This document shows, piece after piece, positions 30,964 to 44,900 of a DNA stretch of 64,000 nt. The notes under the pieces were generated by a model. The model made no database searches. It was not told the DNA's origin and saw nothing but the letters and a program-made list of their open reading frames with translations. The stretch is from an uncultured cyanobacterium (GTDB taxonomy: Bacteria > Cyanobacteriota > Cyanobacteriia > Cyanobacteriales > Cyanobacteriaceae). Within the stretch, counting starts at the first letter, position 1. The number at the start of each line of letters is the position of its first letter. The DNA lies in contig CAVQBA010000001.1 in the NCBI GenBank assembly GCA_963710605.1, forward strand, positions 96,001 to 160,000, given 5' to 3'. The position numbers were made by a program, and so were the translations under genes.

Positions 30964-32181
30964 TCAATCTATCAATTGTTTGCGGTTATCCATTAATAAT
31001 TTAATCGCTGATTGAGCATGAAAAATCACCTGCTGATTACCACTTAATTCAATTTCTTGTAAAAAAGGAATAGCTTCAAATGCTCTTAACTGACTCCAGG
31101 TATAACATAGTGCTTGTAAAACTTGCGGTTGTCGCCCAGAAGGTAATTCGCTTTCATAAAATTGAGTCAAAATATCAAGGATGACTGATTTTAATTCAGT
31201 AGGCTGATCAATTCTACCTAAAACTTTAATGATTTCTACAGTTAACATTTCAGGGCTTACTAGAATGTATTTACCCAAACATTCGATACTTTCAGTTGTT
31301 TCTATCCATCCTAAAACTCTAATGATTGTTTGCTTTAAAGCCTCAGGAGTAAAATTAGAAACTAAAACTTCTTCTAAAGCCCAGACAGCGAATGGATGAC
31401 GACAGCGACTTAAGGCAATTGCCGCTTGTTGTGCTACAGATAAATCAACATCACTAAGTAAGGGAATGATAATAGAAATCAAAGGTATCTCTTGATTGGC
31501 TTTTAATTTTAAACCCAAACCGATTAAAGCTTCTTTTCTAATTTGCGAATTAAAGTCTTGTAAAGCATTAATCATTACTTGGATAATTTTAGGATGACTA
31601 AAGTTACGTAAAGCGACAATAGCTGTTTTTCTCACTTCCACATTCTCATCTTCTACTACCGACAATAAAGACTCAATTACTTTTTTGCTAGGTATTTGGG
31701 CTAATGCTTTACAAGCTAATAAACGATAAGATTCTTTTTTCAGTAATCCAGATAAATAGAAAATAGCCTCTTTTCCTTGAACTGCTAGAGTTTGAGTCGC
31801 TAAAGAAATTAATTCATCTTCCTCAGTTTTATTTAATAATTCAGTAACAACTAAAATAATTTCAGGATTTCTCAGTTGACTAAATATTCTCAATCCAAAA
31901 CAACGATGTTCAACTTCCGCATTTTCATCAAGAATAACTTTTTTTAATGGTGAAATAACTGCATCACCAAATTTAACTAATATTTTGGCCGCCGCCCATT
32001 TTTGCTCAAAATCTCCTTCGGCTAGACTTATCAAAGCTTGATTTAGATTTGCTTTTTCCTCAGAATTCATTTCGGTTTTGGTTTGATAATAATCTATTGT
32101 TGAAGTTTTACGATTACCTTGTGAAGGAAAGACATATACTTTTCTACCTAATAGTTCTGAAGGTGATAATTTATGATACAT
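30964..32181 (-). CDS. HEAT-repeat (PBS lyase-like) protein; true start may be 32070
   Basis: Repeated VRKTAIVAL / IRKEALIGL / VAQQAAIAL helices. Confidence 0.8.
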   Translation of the reverse strand: MYHKLSPSELLGRKVYVFPSQGNRKTSTIDYYQTKTEMNSEEKANLNQALISLAEGDFEQKWAAAKILVKFGDAVISPLKKVILDENAEVEHRCFGLRIFSQLRNPEIILVVTELLNKTEEDELISLATQTLAVQGKEAIFYLSGLLKKESYRLLACKALAQIPSKKVIESLLSVVEDENVEVRKTAIVALRNFSHPKIIQVMINALQDFNSQIRKEALIGLGLKLKANQEIPLISIIIPLLSDVDLSVAQQAAIALSRCRHPFAVWALEEVLVSNFTPEALKQTIIRVLGWIETTESIECLGKYILVSPEMLTVEIIKVLGRIDQPTELKSVILDILTQFYESELPSGRQPQVLQALCYTWSQLRAFEAIPFLQEIELSGNQQVIFHAQSAIKLLMDNRKQLID

Positions 32182-32471
32182 ACAACTTTAAAATAACCAA
32201 AAGATGGCGGAGCGATTTTTATATAACTGTAATATAACTTTACCGAGTTTTTAGTTCAGTCAATTTAGATACATTGAGTTGTCATTTATGAGAAAATGTC
32301 AAGTACCAAAAGGATTAATCATCAGGAAGCGTACTTAGATTTAATTGTGAATAATTAAAGATTACTATTTAACGATCGATCGTTTGTCAATACTATTTGC
32401 TTTATTTTTGGTTGCAACAATTACGATAAAATGCAATATATCAAGCAGATAATCATCAAATACAAACGATT

Positions 32472-33587
32472 ATGACTAAGCAAGGAAAAATAGGTGTAGC
32501 GATTGTCGGTACAGGAATCGGCAAAAAAGTACATTTACCGGGGTTTCAAGTACATCCTGATACAGAAGTTGTTGCCATTTATAATCGTAATTTAGATCAA
32601 GCAAAATCGATCGCTTCAGAATATAATATTGGCTTTGCTACTGATAAATTAGATGATCTTTATACTAATCCTGAAATAGATGTTGTTAGTATTACCACTC
32701 CTCCTTTTCTCCATTATGATATGGCAAAACAGGCACTTTTAAATAATAAACATATTCTACTCGAAAAACCACTCAATTTAGATGCCTATCAAACTAGAGA
32801 TTTATATCGTCTTGCCCAAGAAAGAAACTTGGTAGCGATGGCCGATTTTGAATTTCGTTTTATTCCCGCTTGGCAATTATTAGCTGAGTATTTACAACAA
32901 GATTATGTTGGGCAGATACGCTTAATTAAAATTGATTGGTTAGTCACCTCTCGTGCTAACCCTGATAGAGCGTGGAATTGGTACTCATTAAAAGACAAAG
33001 GAGGAGGAGTATTAGGTGCAACTGGCTCTCATGCTTTTGATTATATTAGTTGGTTATTCGGTGAAATTAGCTCTATTTCCGGATATTTAGGCTGTGCTAT
33101 TAACCAGCGTCCTGATCCGCAAGATAACGATCGTTTAAAGCCCGTTACTGCTGATGATACCGCTTTGATTCTCTTAGAATTAGCTGATGGTACACCAGTT
33201 CAGATCAATTTAAGTTCAGTTACCTATCAAGGTAGAGGACATTATGTAGAAGTATATGGAGAAAAAGGAACATTAGTTTTAGGTAGTGATAACCTTAGTG
33301 ATTACGTGCATGGTTTTAAACTTTATGCAAGTCAAAATAACAATTCTTTACAAGAAATTGAAGTACCAACAAAATATACTTTTCCCGAAGTTTATAGTGA
33401 TGGTAGGATAGCACCTTTTATTCGTGTAGTCGATCGATTAGTGTCTAATATCAAAAACCAGACTAATGTATCGCCATCATTAAAAGATGGTATCTATTCA
33501 CAATTATTAATGGATTTAACTCATCAATCTCATCAACAAAAACAATGGTTGAGAGTACCAAAACTCAATGAATTTTTAGATATCTAA
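32472..33587 (+). CDS. Gfo/Idh/MocA family oxidoreductase
   Basis: VGTGIG, TPPFLH, LLEKP, GGGVLGATGSH. Confidence 0.92.
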   Translation: MTKQGKIGVAIVGTGIGKKVHLPGFQVHPDTEVVAIYNRNLDQAKSIASEYNIGFATDKLDDLYTNPEIDVVSITTPPFLHYDMAKQALLNNKHILLEKPLNLDAYQTRDLYRLAQERNLVAMADFEFRFIPAWQLLAEYLQQDYVGQIRLIKIDWLVTSRANPDRAWNWYSLKDKGGGVLGATGSHAFDYISWLFGEISSISGYLGCAINQRPDPQDNDRLKPVTADDTALILLELADGTPVQINLSSVTYQGRGHYVEVYGEKGTLVLGSDNLSDYVHGFKLYASQNNNSLQEIEVPTKYTFPEVYSDGRIAPFIRVVDRLVSNIKNQTNVSPSLKDGIYSQLLMDLTHQSHQQKQWLRVPKLNEFLDI

Positions 33588-33695
33588 TCTTGACAAATCA
33601 ATTATTATTGAAGATAAATTAAGAATCAATAGTTCATACTTAATACTAAGAGGAATTAAAAATAAAATAATCAATATTAATTGTTAATCATTAAT

Positions 33696-33789
33696 TATAG
33701 CGTTTCCCATCTTTATGAGGTACAGTTTATATTTGAAGCCTATAAGTTAGGGGATTAATATGTAATTCATAATACTAATAATTGCTATA
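33696..33789. mobile_element. MITE-like element, shorter inverted relative of 9912-10043
   Basis: TATAGCGTTTCCCATCTTTATGAGGTACA ... AATTGCTATA. Confidence 0.65.
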
Positions 33790-33926
33790 TTTTTATTTTT
33801 TACTTTAATTAATATTTTAATTCATCTGTTATAATTAACTTCGATCTGAAAACTGCTCAAGTAAAAAAATAAATATTAATTATCAATGTCCACCGCTATC
33901 AATTATTAATTAGAGGTATGAATTAA

Positions 33927-35088
33927 GTGAACAGTATCAAAAAATTAACCATCTTCTTGTTTATCTCCACATTATTAATAATTACTACATTTTCTGCAAG
34001 CCAACCGGTATTAACTCAATCTGCCTTTCCCGAAATAAGAGGAGTATGGTTAACGAAAAATGATACTGAAGTATTACTAGATCAACCTCGTTTAGCAACA
34101 ACTTTAACCGAGTTAGCCGAAGTTAATTTTAATACAATTTACCCCGTAGTCTGGAATTCAGGTTATGTATCTTACCCTTCACCAGTAGCATATAAAAGCA
34201 GGAATACAACCATTTGAAAGAAGAGGTTTTCAAAATCAAGACGTACTAGCCGAATTAGTTTACCACGGGCATAAAAATGGCTTATTAGTTATACCTTGGT
34301 TTGAATTTGGTTTTATGGCACCTCCTTCTTCAGAATTAGCACTTAAACATCCTCAATGGTTAACTAACCGTAAAGATGGTAGCAAAATTGGTAGTAGTGC
34401 CGCGGGGGAAGTTGTTTGGCTTAATCCTTTTCATCCACAAGTACAGCAATTTATCACCGATTTAGTTTTAGAAATTTGTACTCAATATCAAGTTGATGGT
34501 ATTCAATTTGATGATCAAATGTCTTTACCTGTAGATTTTGGCTATGACAATTATACCAAAGCGTTGTATAAAGAAGAAACAAAACAAGATGCCCCAGCAA
34601 ATGAGAAAGACGAAGACTGGGTAAAGTGGCGTGCAGATAAACTAACTACTTTTATGGTAAGTTTGAACAAACAAATAAAAGAGAGAAAACCCAATCTAAT
34701 TTTTTCTGTCGCACCTAATCCTTATTTCACTGCTTATAATACATATTTACAAGACTGGAAAGCGTGGATTGAAAAAGATATTGTTGATGAATTAATTGTC
34801 CAAATTTATCGCCCCAGTATTAACAGTTTTATCAATGAATTAAACAGCCCAGAAATTAAATTTGCTAAAAGCAAAATTCCTACAGGTGTTGGTATTTTAA
34901 CAGGTTTAAGAAATAATCCTACCTCGATTAATTTAATTGATGATAAAGTTCGTATCTCTCGTAGGTATGGTTTTGGAGTATCTTTTTTCTATTACGAAAC
35001 TTTATGGCAAAATGCTAATGATGAGGATAATGATTTACGTAAATCAGTTGTTAGTGCTTTATTTTATAATCCTCAACCTCGAATATAA
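33927..35088 (+). CDS. Glycoside hydrolase-like 10 (GHL10) family protein, split by one extra A near 34195
   Basis: EIRGVWLT, FNTIYPVVWNSG, then IPWFEFG, WLNPFHP, DGIQFDD; one-base deletion in TATAAAAGCA fuses the ORFs. Confidence 0.85.
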
Positions 35089-35678
35089 AGTTATTTCTCA
35101 ATCAAGAAATAATTGATGAATTATATTTACTTAAAGTTAGAATACTTTTGTCTTTATAGTTTTATTTGTTTCAAAGAATATAGTTGTTTTGTTGTTTTTC
35201 TTGATAAGGATTAAGTTGCTAAATCATATTTGAATACTAATTATCGATTGAACTAAAATTAACAATATAAACGATTAGTTTTTGCTTGATTTCAGCGATT
35301 ATATTAATTAGTAAAAAAGAAGACTCGCTAAAAATAAATATTTTTTGTTCAAACTAATTGTCTTAATTCTCAAAAAAGTAAATAACTACTGTAACTATTC
35401 TTGGTGATTTATTTATTAGCTGTTAATATTCTCAAACTTTATAGATACTTAAGCTAATCGTCAATAGTAAAATAGTGTTTAACGATCGATATTTGACTAG
35501 ATAGATAAACTTCTTTATTATTTATTGTCATCGATAAAAGATAAATATAAATCAAGATTGTACATCAAAAAAAACTAATTGGTAATCAAAAAAAATCCTG
35601 CTTATAATATAATTTCGAGTAACGACAACTGAAAATATTTTATTAAGTAATTTTGTGATTTATTTTGACAAATTATTA

Positions 35679-35783
35679 TATAGCAGAGAATGAGTTGGTT
35701 AGGACAAATGTAAAAACCAAAACTATTAATCTATAAGTATTCTACCTTTGCCCCTTGCCCCTTGCCCCTTGCCCTTTGCTATA
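35679..35783. repeat. TATAGCA...TGCTATA-bounded element containing TTGCCCC heptamers
   Basis: Same terminal words and AGGACA spacing as the 9912 element; CCCCTTG tandem inside. Confidence 0.5.
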
Positions 35784-35989
35784 TTATATTGATTAAGACA
35801 ACTATAACTATCGGGCTAAATCATTTGTGAAAAATTAACTAATAATTGAAAGTAATAAAATTATTAAATATATTGAATCATTACTTAAGCACTTCCTCTT
35901 GCTAACAATTATGAGCAAAAAATTATAATCTTAGTATTATTAAATAATAACTAAGAAAAAAGAGTTAAAAAACGGTAGTCGTATTAATC

Positions 35990-38900
35990 ATGGATTATTC
36001 TCAAAAAAAGTGTATTGATCAACTATTTGAAGAACGAGTAGTTAAAACGCCTGATAACATAGCACTAGTTTTAGAATCACAAACCATCACTTATCGACAA
36101 CTAAATCACAAAGCTAACAAAATAGCACATTATTTACGACAGCAAGGTGTAGAGAAAGAAACATTAGTTGGTATCTATACAGATGGTTCATCATTTGAGA
36201 TGATTATTGCTATACTGGCGATTCTTAAAGCCGGCGCGGCTTATGTACCGATCGATTCTCAATATCCTCGTGCTAGAATTAACTTTATCTTAGAAGATGC
36301 TGATATCAACATCTTATTAACGACTCAATCTGGTGTTGATACATCTATCATTGAAAAACCACTGACAATTATTTGTCTTGATGATAACCCAGAGATAATT
36401 CAATGCAATCAGGATAATTTGGATGTCAGTATTAATGGAGACAACCTTGCCTATTTAATTTATACCTCAGGAAGCACAGGCAAACCTAAAGGAGTTTTAA
36501 TCCCTCATCGTGGTGTAGTGCGTTTAGTTAAGGAGACAAACTATGTCAATATCACTAGTGAAGATGTCTTTTTGCAAACCGCCTCAGTTAGTTTTGATGC
36601 AGCAACTTTTGAAATCTGGGGTAGTCTGCTTAACGGTGGTAAATTAGTCTTACTGCCAACTACCAAACCAAGTATTGCTGAAATAGCCAGAGTGATTCAA
36701 AGCGAAAAAATCAGCATCGCTTGGTTTACAGCGGGATTATTTAATTTAATTATAGATCAAGATGTAAATGCTCTTTCTAGATTGAAAACATTGTTGGTGG
36801 GAGGCGAAGCATTATCAGTTAATCATATTCGACGTGGATTAATTAATATGCCCAATACCAAAATCATAAATGGTTATGGTCCTACTGAAAATACGACTTT
36901 TACTTGTACATATGATATTCCTCGAATCTTAGACTTTTCATTATCTTCGATTCCTATTGGTAAGGCAATTAATCAGACACAGGTGTATATTTTAAATGAG
37001 CAACTTGAATCTGTAACAGTAGGAGTAGTTGGTGAATTATATACAGGTGGAGAAGGATTAGCCAGAGGTTATCTTAATCGTCCTGAATTAACTACTCAAA
37101 AATTTATCACTAATCCTTATGGAGAAGGAAGGTTATATAAAACGGGAGATTTAGTTAAATACTTAGCTGATGGTAATATCGAATTTATTGGGCGTGTTGA
37201 TAATCAAGTAAAGGTGCGAGGATTTCGCATTGAGTTAGAAGAAGTTGAGCGTACTATACAACAACATCCCCAGATAGAAGATGCGGTGGTTATTTGTCGA
37301 GAAGATAATCAAGGGGAGAGTTATTTGGCTAGTTATCTGGTTAGGAAAAACGATTCAGTTTTAGAGATTCAACAATTAAGACAAGATTTAGCTCAAAAAT
37401 TACCGCAATATATGGTGCCGACAGGTTTTGTTTTTCTAGATAGTTTTCCTTTGACGACTAACGCTAAGGTAGATAAAAAAGCTTTAAAAGAAATAGAGAT
37501 AACTTTCGAACGTACAAAAGAACTAGTATTACCACAAACAGAAACTCAAACCAAGTTACTAGCAATTTGGCGACAAGTTTTAGGTATTGATGAGATTAGT
37601 GTTGAGGATGACTTTTTTATTTTAGGAGGGCATTCATTAAAAGCCGCCCAAATTTTGTCTCGGATTCGAGATGAGTGGGGTGTAGATTTACCTATCTCGA
37701 TCGTTTTTAATTACAAAGAGGCTGTAGTATCTGCAATTAGTATAGCACGATTAATTGACCAAAAAATTTCGACTACAGAAATTAGTAAGATTGGTAATAC
37801 GATTAAAGCGAATCAGAGTAATGATTTACCTTTGAGTATTTATCAACAAAGAATTTGGTTACTGGCAAAACAAGCAGATCAACATCCGATTCATAATTTA
37901 CCAAGGGCTTTTCGAGTTGTTGGTAATCTTAATGTGGAGTTTTTAGCAGTTGCATTGAAGCAAATTGTCGAAAGACATTCATCTTTAAGAACAATTTTTC
38001 CAATTGTTAACCAGTTACCCGTGCAACGTATTTTGCCAACAGTAAAATTAACTTTATCAACACAAGTAGTTGATTTAAATGAAGAGACGAGAAGAAAACT
38101 ACCTACTTTAGATAAGCAAGAGGAAACAACTCAAGGAAGAAAACTACTTAATTTCAATCAAGAAGATGAAGATGGTACTCAAGGAAGAAAACTACCTGCT
38201 TTAGATAAGCAAGAAGAAGCAAGTCAAGGAAGAAAACTACTTAATTTCAATCAAGAAGATGAGATAAGCAAGAAGAAGCAAGTCAAGGAAGAAAACTACT
38301 TAATTTCAATCAAGAAGATGAAGATGGTACTCAAGGAAGAAAACTACCTGCTTTAGATAAGAAAGAGGAAACAACTCAAGGAAGAAAACTACTGAATTTC
38401 AATCAAGAAGATGAAGATGGTACTCAAGGAAGAAAACTACCGACTTTAGATAAGCAAGAAGAAACAACTCAAGGAAGAAAACTACTGAATTTCAATCAAG
38501 AAGATGAAGATGGTACTCAAGGAAGAAAACTACCTACTTTAGATAAGCAAGAAGAAACAACTCAAGGAAGAAAACCACTTAATTTCAATCAAAATAAGGA
38601 AACCGAAAAAGAATTACTAATTACTAATTTATTGAAGGAAGAAGCAACTCGTTATTTTGACTTATCTCAAGAAGTAGGTATAAGGGCGAAGCTATTACAA
38701 TTAGGTGAAGATGAATATATATTGATCATTACCCTTCATCATATTATTAGTGATGGTTGGTCGATTGAAATTTTGTTACAAGAATTATCGACTATCTATA
38801 CAGCTTTAGTTAACAATCATCAAATTGAGTTACCAACTATTGAAATTGATTATGGTGATTTTACTCTTTGGTTAGAAGAAGAAAGAAAACAGACAGACAA

Positions 38901-41900
38901 ACAAAACGAGGTATTACAATACTGGCAACAACAACTAAAAGATGTACCTAGTTTGTTAAAACTACAAAACGCTCGTCTTCGCCCTCGCCGACAAACGTTT
39001 AATGGTAGTGTTCAACATTTTACGATCGATACTCAATTAACAACTAAAATAAATTTATTAAGCCAAGATACTCGCACTTCAGTATTTATGGTATTAATCG
39101 CCGCCTTTTTTATTTTGATGCACCGTTATAGTAATCAAGATTCTATTGTTATCGGCACACCAATTGCTAAACGTTTTGATAGCAACTTAGAAAAGATGAT
39201 TGGTTGTTTGATTGATGTTATCCCTTTACGTAGTGATATTGAAGATAATCCTACCTTTGCCGATTTTTTAACCAAAGTCAAACAAGTTTGTTTAGATACT
39301 TATCAGTATGCTGATTTTCCTCTAGAGAAACTACTCTCTAAGCAAACAAAACAGTTAGGAAACTTCAGCCAAAGCCAAGGGCGAGACATGAGTTATTCTC
39401 CTTGGTTTCAAGTCGTATTTAACGTTTTGAATATGCCTCAAACTAATTTACAACTACCTAATTTAGAAATAAGTGACTTATCACAACAAATCAATAAAGG
39501 TAGTGCCAACTTTGACATGATGGTATCGGTGACGGAAAAAAAAGGGCGATTACAAGGAACGATCGAATATAATACAGATATTTATGATGATGATGTTATT
39601 ACTCGTTTAATCCGACATTGGCAAACCTTACTTTTTAATATCACTAACGATACCCAAAAGAAAGTCAAAAATTACTCTATCTTAACTCCAGCCGAAAGTA
39701 ACCAACTTTTAAATCAAATTAATCAAACTACAGATAACTATTCTCTTAAAAAAGATACTGTACCAGAATTATTTGCCCAACAAGTAATCCAGACACCAGA
39801 TAATATAGCAGTAGTTTTTGAAGGGCGAAAACTAACTTATAGTCAACTCAATCAACAAGCCAATCAACTTGCTCATCACTTACAAGAATTAGGAGTACAA
39901 GATGGTGTCTTAGTAGGAGTATATCTCGATCGATCGACCTTATTGATTATAACTCTTTTAGCGATACTAAAAGCCAGAGGAGCATATTTACCTTTAGATA
40001 TAAATTATCCCGCTCAACGTTTAGCCTATATTATCGATAACGCCCAAGTCTCTATTATTATCAGTGAGAGTGAAACCTCATTATCTTCAATTTTACCGCC
40101 AGATAACGATCGAATTAGAATCATTAACCCTAATGACGATAACCTAAAATCAAAATCGGTTGAGAATCTTCCTTCATCTTCGGCAAAAATGGATAACCTT
40201 GCTTATGTTATTTATACCTCAGGAAGTACAGGAAAACCCAAAGGCGTAGAAATCGAACATCATAATTTAACTAATCTACTAACTGCCTTTAAACAAAAAC
40301 TACAAATTACAAAAGAAGATAGATGGTTATCAGTGACAACTATCTCCTTTGATATTGCCGCCTTAGAAATATTTTTACCCTTAATTACGGGGGCGACTCT
40401 TCATTTAGTTAGTCAAGAAACTGCCCGTGATGGGATAAGTTTACTCAATCAAATAAAAGAATCTTCCCCGACTTTCCTTCAAGCCACACCTACTACATGG
40501 CAAATATTACTTTCAGCAGGATGGAAAGGTAGCCCACAACTAACAGCTTTAATTGGAGGAGAAGCTTTATCGGTAAATTTAGCTGAGCAATTATTACCGA
40601 AAGTTTTATCATTATATAATGTCTATGGACCTACAGAAACCACGATTTGGTCATTAACTAATCATATCACCACCGCCGAGTCACCCATAACTATAGGTAA
40701 ACCGATTGCTAATACTCAGGTTTATATTTTAGATAAACAAATGCAACCTCTACCTATTGGTATCATCGGGGAATTATATATCGGTGGAGACGGAGTAGCT
40801 AGAGGTTATCGTCGTTTACCTCAACTAACCGCCGAAAAATTTATTCTTAATCCTTTTATCCAGACAGAATCAGTAAAGACAACAAATGTATCACCTTTAT
40901 TATATAAAACAGGAGATAATGCCCGTTATTTAGCTAATGGCGAAATAGAATTTATCGGTAGAATTGATAATCAAGTAAAAGTACGAGGTTTTCGGATTGA
41001 GTTAGGAGAAATAGAAACAACTCTTACTCAACATCCTGATATTAATCAAGCATTAGTTACTGTTACTCAAAATAGTGGAGGAGAAAAACAACTCGTCGCT
41101 TATCTAGTTTCTTCTACAGTAGTAACTTTAACTAGTAAAAAAGTCAGAATCTTCCTTGAAGATAAGTTACCTGAATATATGATACCCGTAGGTTTTTTCT
41201 TTTTGAATCAATTTCCTCTTACTCCTAATGGCAAGATAGATAGAAAGTCATTACCGAAGATAGATTTATCTCTTAAACGAGAAGTTGATTTTGTTGCACC
41301 AAATAATACCACCCAAATAAAGTTAGTTGAAATTTGGCAAGAAGTTTTAGGTATCGAAAGTATCGGCATTAATGATAACTTTTTTAGCTTAGGAGGTAAT
41401 TCGTTACTAGCAACTCAAGTTATTGTCAGAGTCAGAAATATTTTTCAGATAATAGAGTTAGCTTTGTCTTACCTATTTGAATTACCCACAATTGCCCAAC
41501 TAACACCACAAATTGAGCAGAAACAAAAATCAAGTATCAGCGATTCAATCACAATAGAAGTAGTTGATAGAGACGAAAAAAATAAATTTCCACTTTCGTT
41601 TGCCCAAGAAAGACTATGGTTTATCAATCAACTAGAAGGCAGTAACCCTGTCTATAATATTTCGACGGTTAGTAAAATCTTTGGTGAATTAAATATTGAG
41701 GCATTAAAACAAGCGATTACTCACCTTATTAATCGTCATGAGTCTTTACGCACAAACTTTATTAATCAAGAAGGAAAACCATACGTTAAAATTCATTCTA
41801 CGATCGAATTACCTTTAACTGTGATTAATCAGTCAAATAATCGACCCTTCGTTACACAAAATGTGCAATTTGTCAAGCAAAAAAATAAAATAAAATTTAA

Positions 41901-44900
41901 TCTCGAAAACGATCGATTAATCGACTTTACTTTAATTCAAACCTCAGCAAAAGAGAATATATTAATCATCGTCATTCATCATATTATCAGTGATGGTTGG
42001 TCGATGGGAATCATCACCCAAGAGTTAGCCCAACTTTATCAACAATATCACCACCAAGACTCACAATCATCTTTTTCTCCTTTGCCATCATTACCAATCC
42101 AATATCTCGATTATGGAAAGTGGCAAAAAGAATATCTATCAGGAGAAATTTTTACTCACCAATTAAACTACTGGCAAAAACAATTAGCTGATATTCCACC
42201 CTTACTAGATTTACCTACTGATTATCCTCGCCCTAAAGAGCAAACTTATCAAGGTGAATCGGTAGCAATTAATTTACCTGTACAGTTGCAACTACGGTTA
42301 AAACAAATAAGCAAAAATCAAAATGCTACTTTATATATGACTGTGTTAGCTGTATTTAGTATTTTGTTATCAAGATATAGCAATCAAGAAGATATTGTCA
42401 TTGGCACACCGATTGCTAACCGAAATTATTCCCAGTGTGAAGGAATAGTTGGTTTTTTTGCTAATACCCAAGCATTGAGAATTGATTTGACTAATAATCC
42501 TAACTTTGCTGATTTACTGTTTCAAGTTAAGCGAGTAGTTTTAGAAGCCAGTCAACATCAAGATATACCTTTTGAAAAACTGGTAGAGAAACTTAATCCT
42601 GTTAGAAGTTTAAGTCATAACCCTATATTTCAGGTAATGTTAGCTTGGGATAATACTCCCATTAAAGAGGAAAAATGGTCATCAGAAATAACTGTTACTA
42701 GTCAAGTATTAGATAGCCGACTAATTAATACCGCCAAGTTTGATTTGTCTTTAGCATTTAGAGAAACAGAAGACACGATAATAGGTATCTTTAATTATAA
42801 TACTGATTTATTTACACGAGAAACGATTGATCGAATGAGTGAACATTTCCAAGTATTATTATCAGCAATCGTCGATAACCCTCAACAACCAATCTCATCT
42901 TTACCATTACTAGCTAAAACCGAAACTCAACAAATCCTAATTGATTGGAATCAAACTCAATCTAATTATCCTCAAGATAAATGTATTCATCAACTTTTTG
43001 AAGCACAAGTAGTTCAAACACCTGATAATATAGCACTAGTTTTAGCATCACAAACCATAACTTACCGACAATTAAATCACAAAGCCAACAAAATCGCCCA
43101 TTACCTCCAAAACAAAGGTGTAGAAAAAGAAACATTAGTCGGTATCTATACAGATGGCTCATCGTTTGAGATGATAATAGCTATGCTCGGTATTCTTAAA
43201 GCAGAATGTGCTTATGTACCGATCGATTCTCAATACCCTCGTGCTAGAATTAACTTCATCTTAGAAGATGCTGATATCAACATCTTACTAACGACTCAAT
43301 CTTCTCTTGATACCTCAATTATTGAAAAACCCCTGACAATTATTAATCTTGATGATAATCCAGAAATTATTCAATGCAATCAAGATAATCTAGATACCAG
43401 TATTAATGGAGATAACCTTGCCTATTTAATTTATACCTCAGGAAGCACAGGCAAACCCAAAGGAGTTTTAATCCCTCACCGTGGTGTAGTGCGTTTAGTC
43501 AAGGATACAAACTATGTCAATATCACTAGTGAAGATGTCTTTTCCCAAACCGCCTCAGTCAGTTTTGATGCGGCAACTTTTGAAATCTGGGGTAGTCTGC
43601 TTAACGGAAGTAAATTAGTCTTACTGCCAACTTCCAAACCAAGTATTGCTGAAATAGCTAGAGTAATTCAAACACAAAAAGTTACTATTTTGTGGTTAAC
43701 TTCAGGATTATTCAATTTAATTGTTGATGAGCAAATAGACTCTCTAAGCTGTGTTAAGCAAATATACACGGGGGGAGAGGTTATGTTACTTTCTCAAGCA
43801 AAAAAAGCCCAAAAACACTTACCACAGACTCAAATAAACAATGTCTATGGACCGACTGAAAATACAACTTTTACGACTTTTTATCCCTTACCTTCCCAAA
43901 CATCATTACCATCAATTGTACCTATAGGTAAGCCTATCAATCAGACACAAGTATATATTCTTAATCATCATCATCAACTAAACCCGATTGGGGTAGAAGG
44001 AGAGTTATACATCGGTGGAGATGGTTTGGCTAGAGGATATTTAAATCGCCCTGAATTAACTGCCAAAAAATTTATTAATAATCCTTTTGGAGAAGGAAAA
44101 CTATATAAAACAGGAGACAGAGTTAAGTATTTAGCAAATGGTAATATCGAGTTTGTTGGTAGAATTGATAATCAAGTGAAGGTGCGAGGATTTCGCATTG
44201 AGTTAGCTGAAATTGAAACAGTTTTAAATCAACATCTACTTATAGAAGAAGCAGTAGTAATAATTCAACAAAATTCACCTTCAAATAAATATTTAACAGC
44301 TTATTTAAAATCTGGGCAACAATTAAAGTTAGCTGAAGTTAAAGATTATTTAGAGCAAAAATTGCCTAATTATATGATACCTTCAGCATTTATTTTTGTG
44401 GAAGAGTTTCCGCTAACAGCGAATGGAAAAATAGATAAAAAAGCTTTACCATTACCTCAGTTTACTAGCAATAATCAAACATATCTTGCACCTGAGAATG
44501 AGATAGAAAGTCAATTAGTCGTTATTTGGCAAAATGTTTTAAAAGTAGAAAAAATCGGCATTAATGACAACTTCTTTGATTTAGGAGGGCATTCTTTATT
44601 GGCTACACAATTAGTTTCCCGAATTACTCAAAATTGGCAAATAGAAGTACCTTTAAAAATTATTTTTGAAAAGCCAAGTGTTAAACAAATTGCGGTTTAT
44701 TTAGACCAAAAACTACAAAATCCAACTGATTTTAAACCTTATAATAATCAGAACAAATCAGTAATTATTATTAACGATCGTGGTACTAAAACTCCATTAT
44801 ATTTTATTAACTCGACTGCTGTGGCTTATAATCTTAATAAATATCTACCAGATAATCAGCCTTTTTATAGTATTAATATATTTAGCTTAACTAATAGGAC

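Noticed and set aside
38088..38592. Possible CRISPR array (recurring CAAGGAAGAAAACTAC)
   Set aside because: The intervening sequences alternate between two near-identical types, are codon-phased and lie inside a gene; no unique spacers and no cas genes
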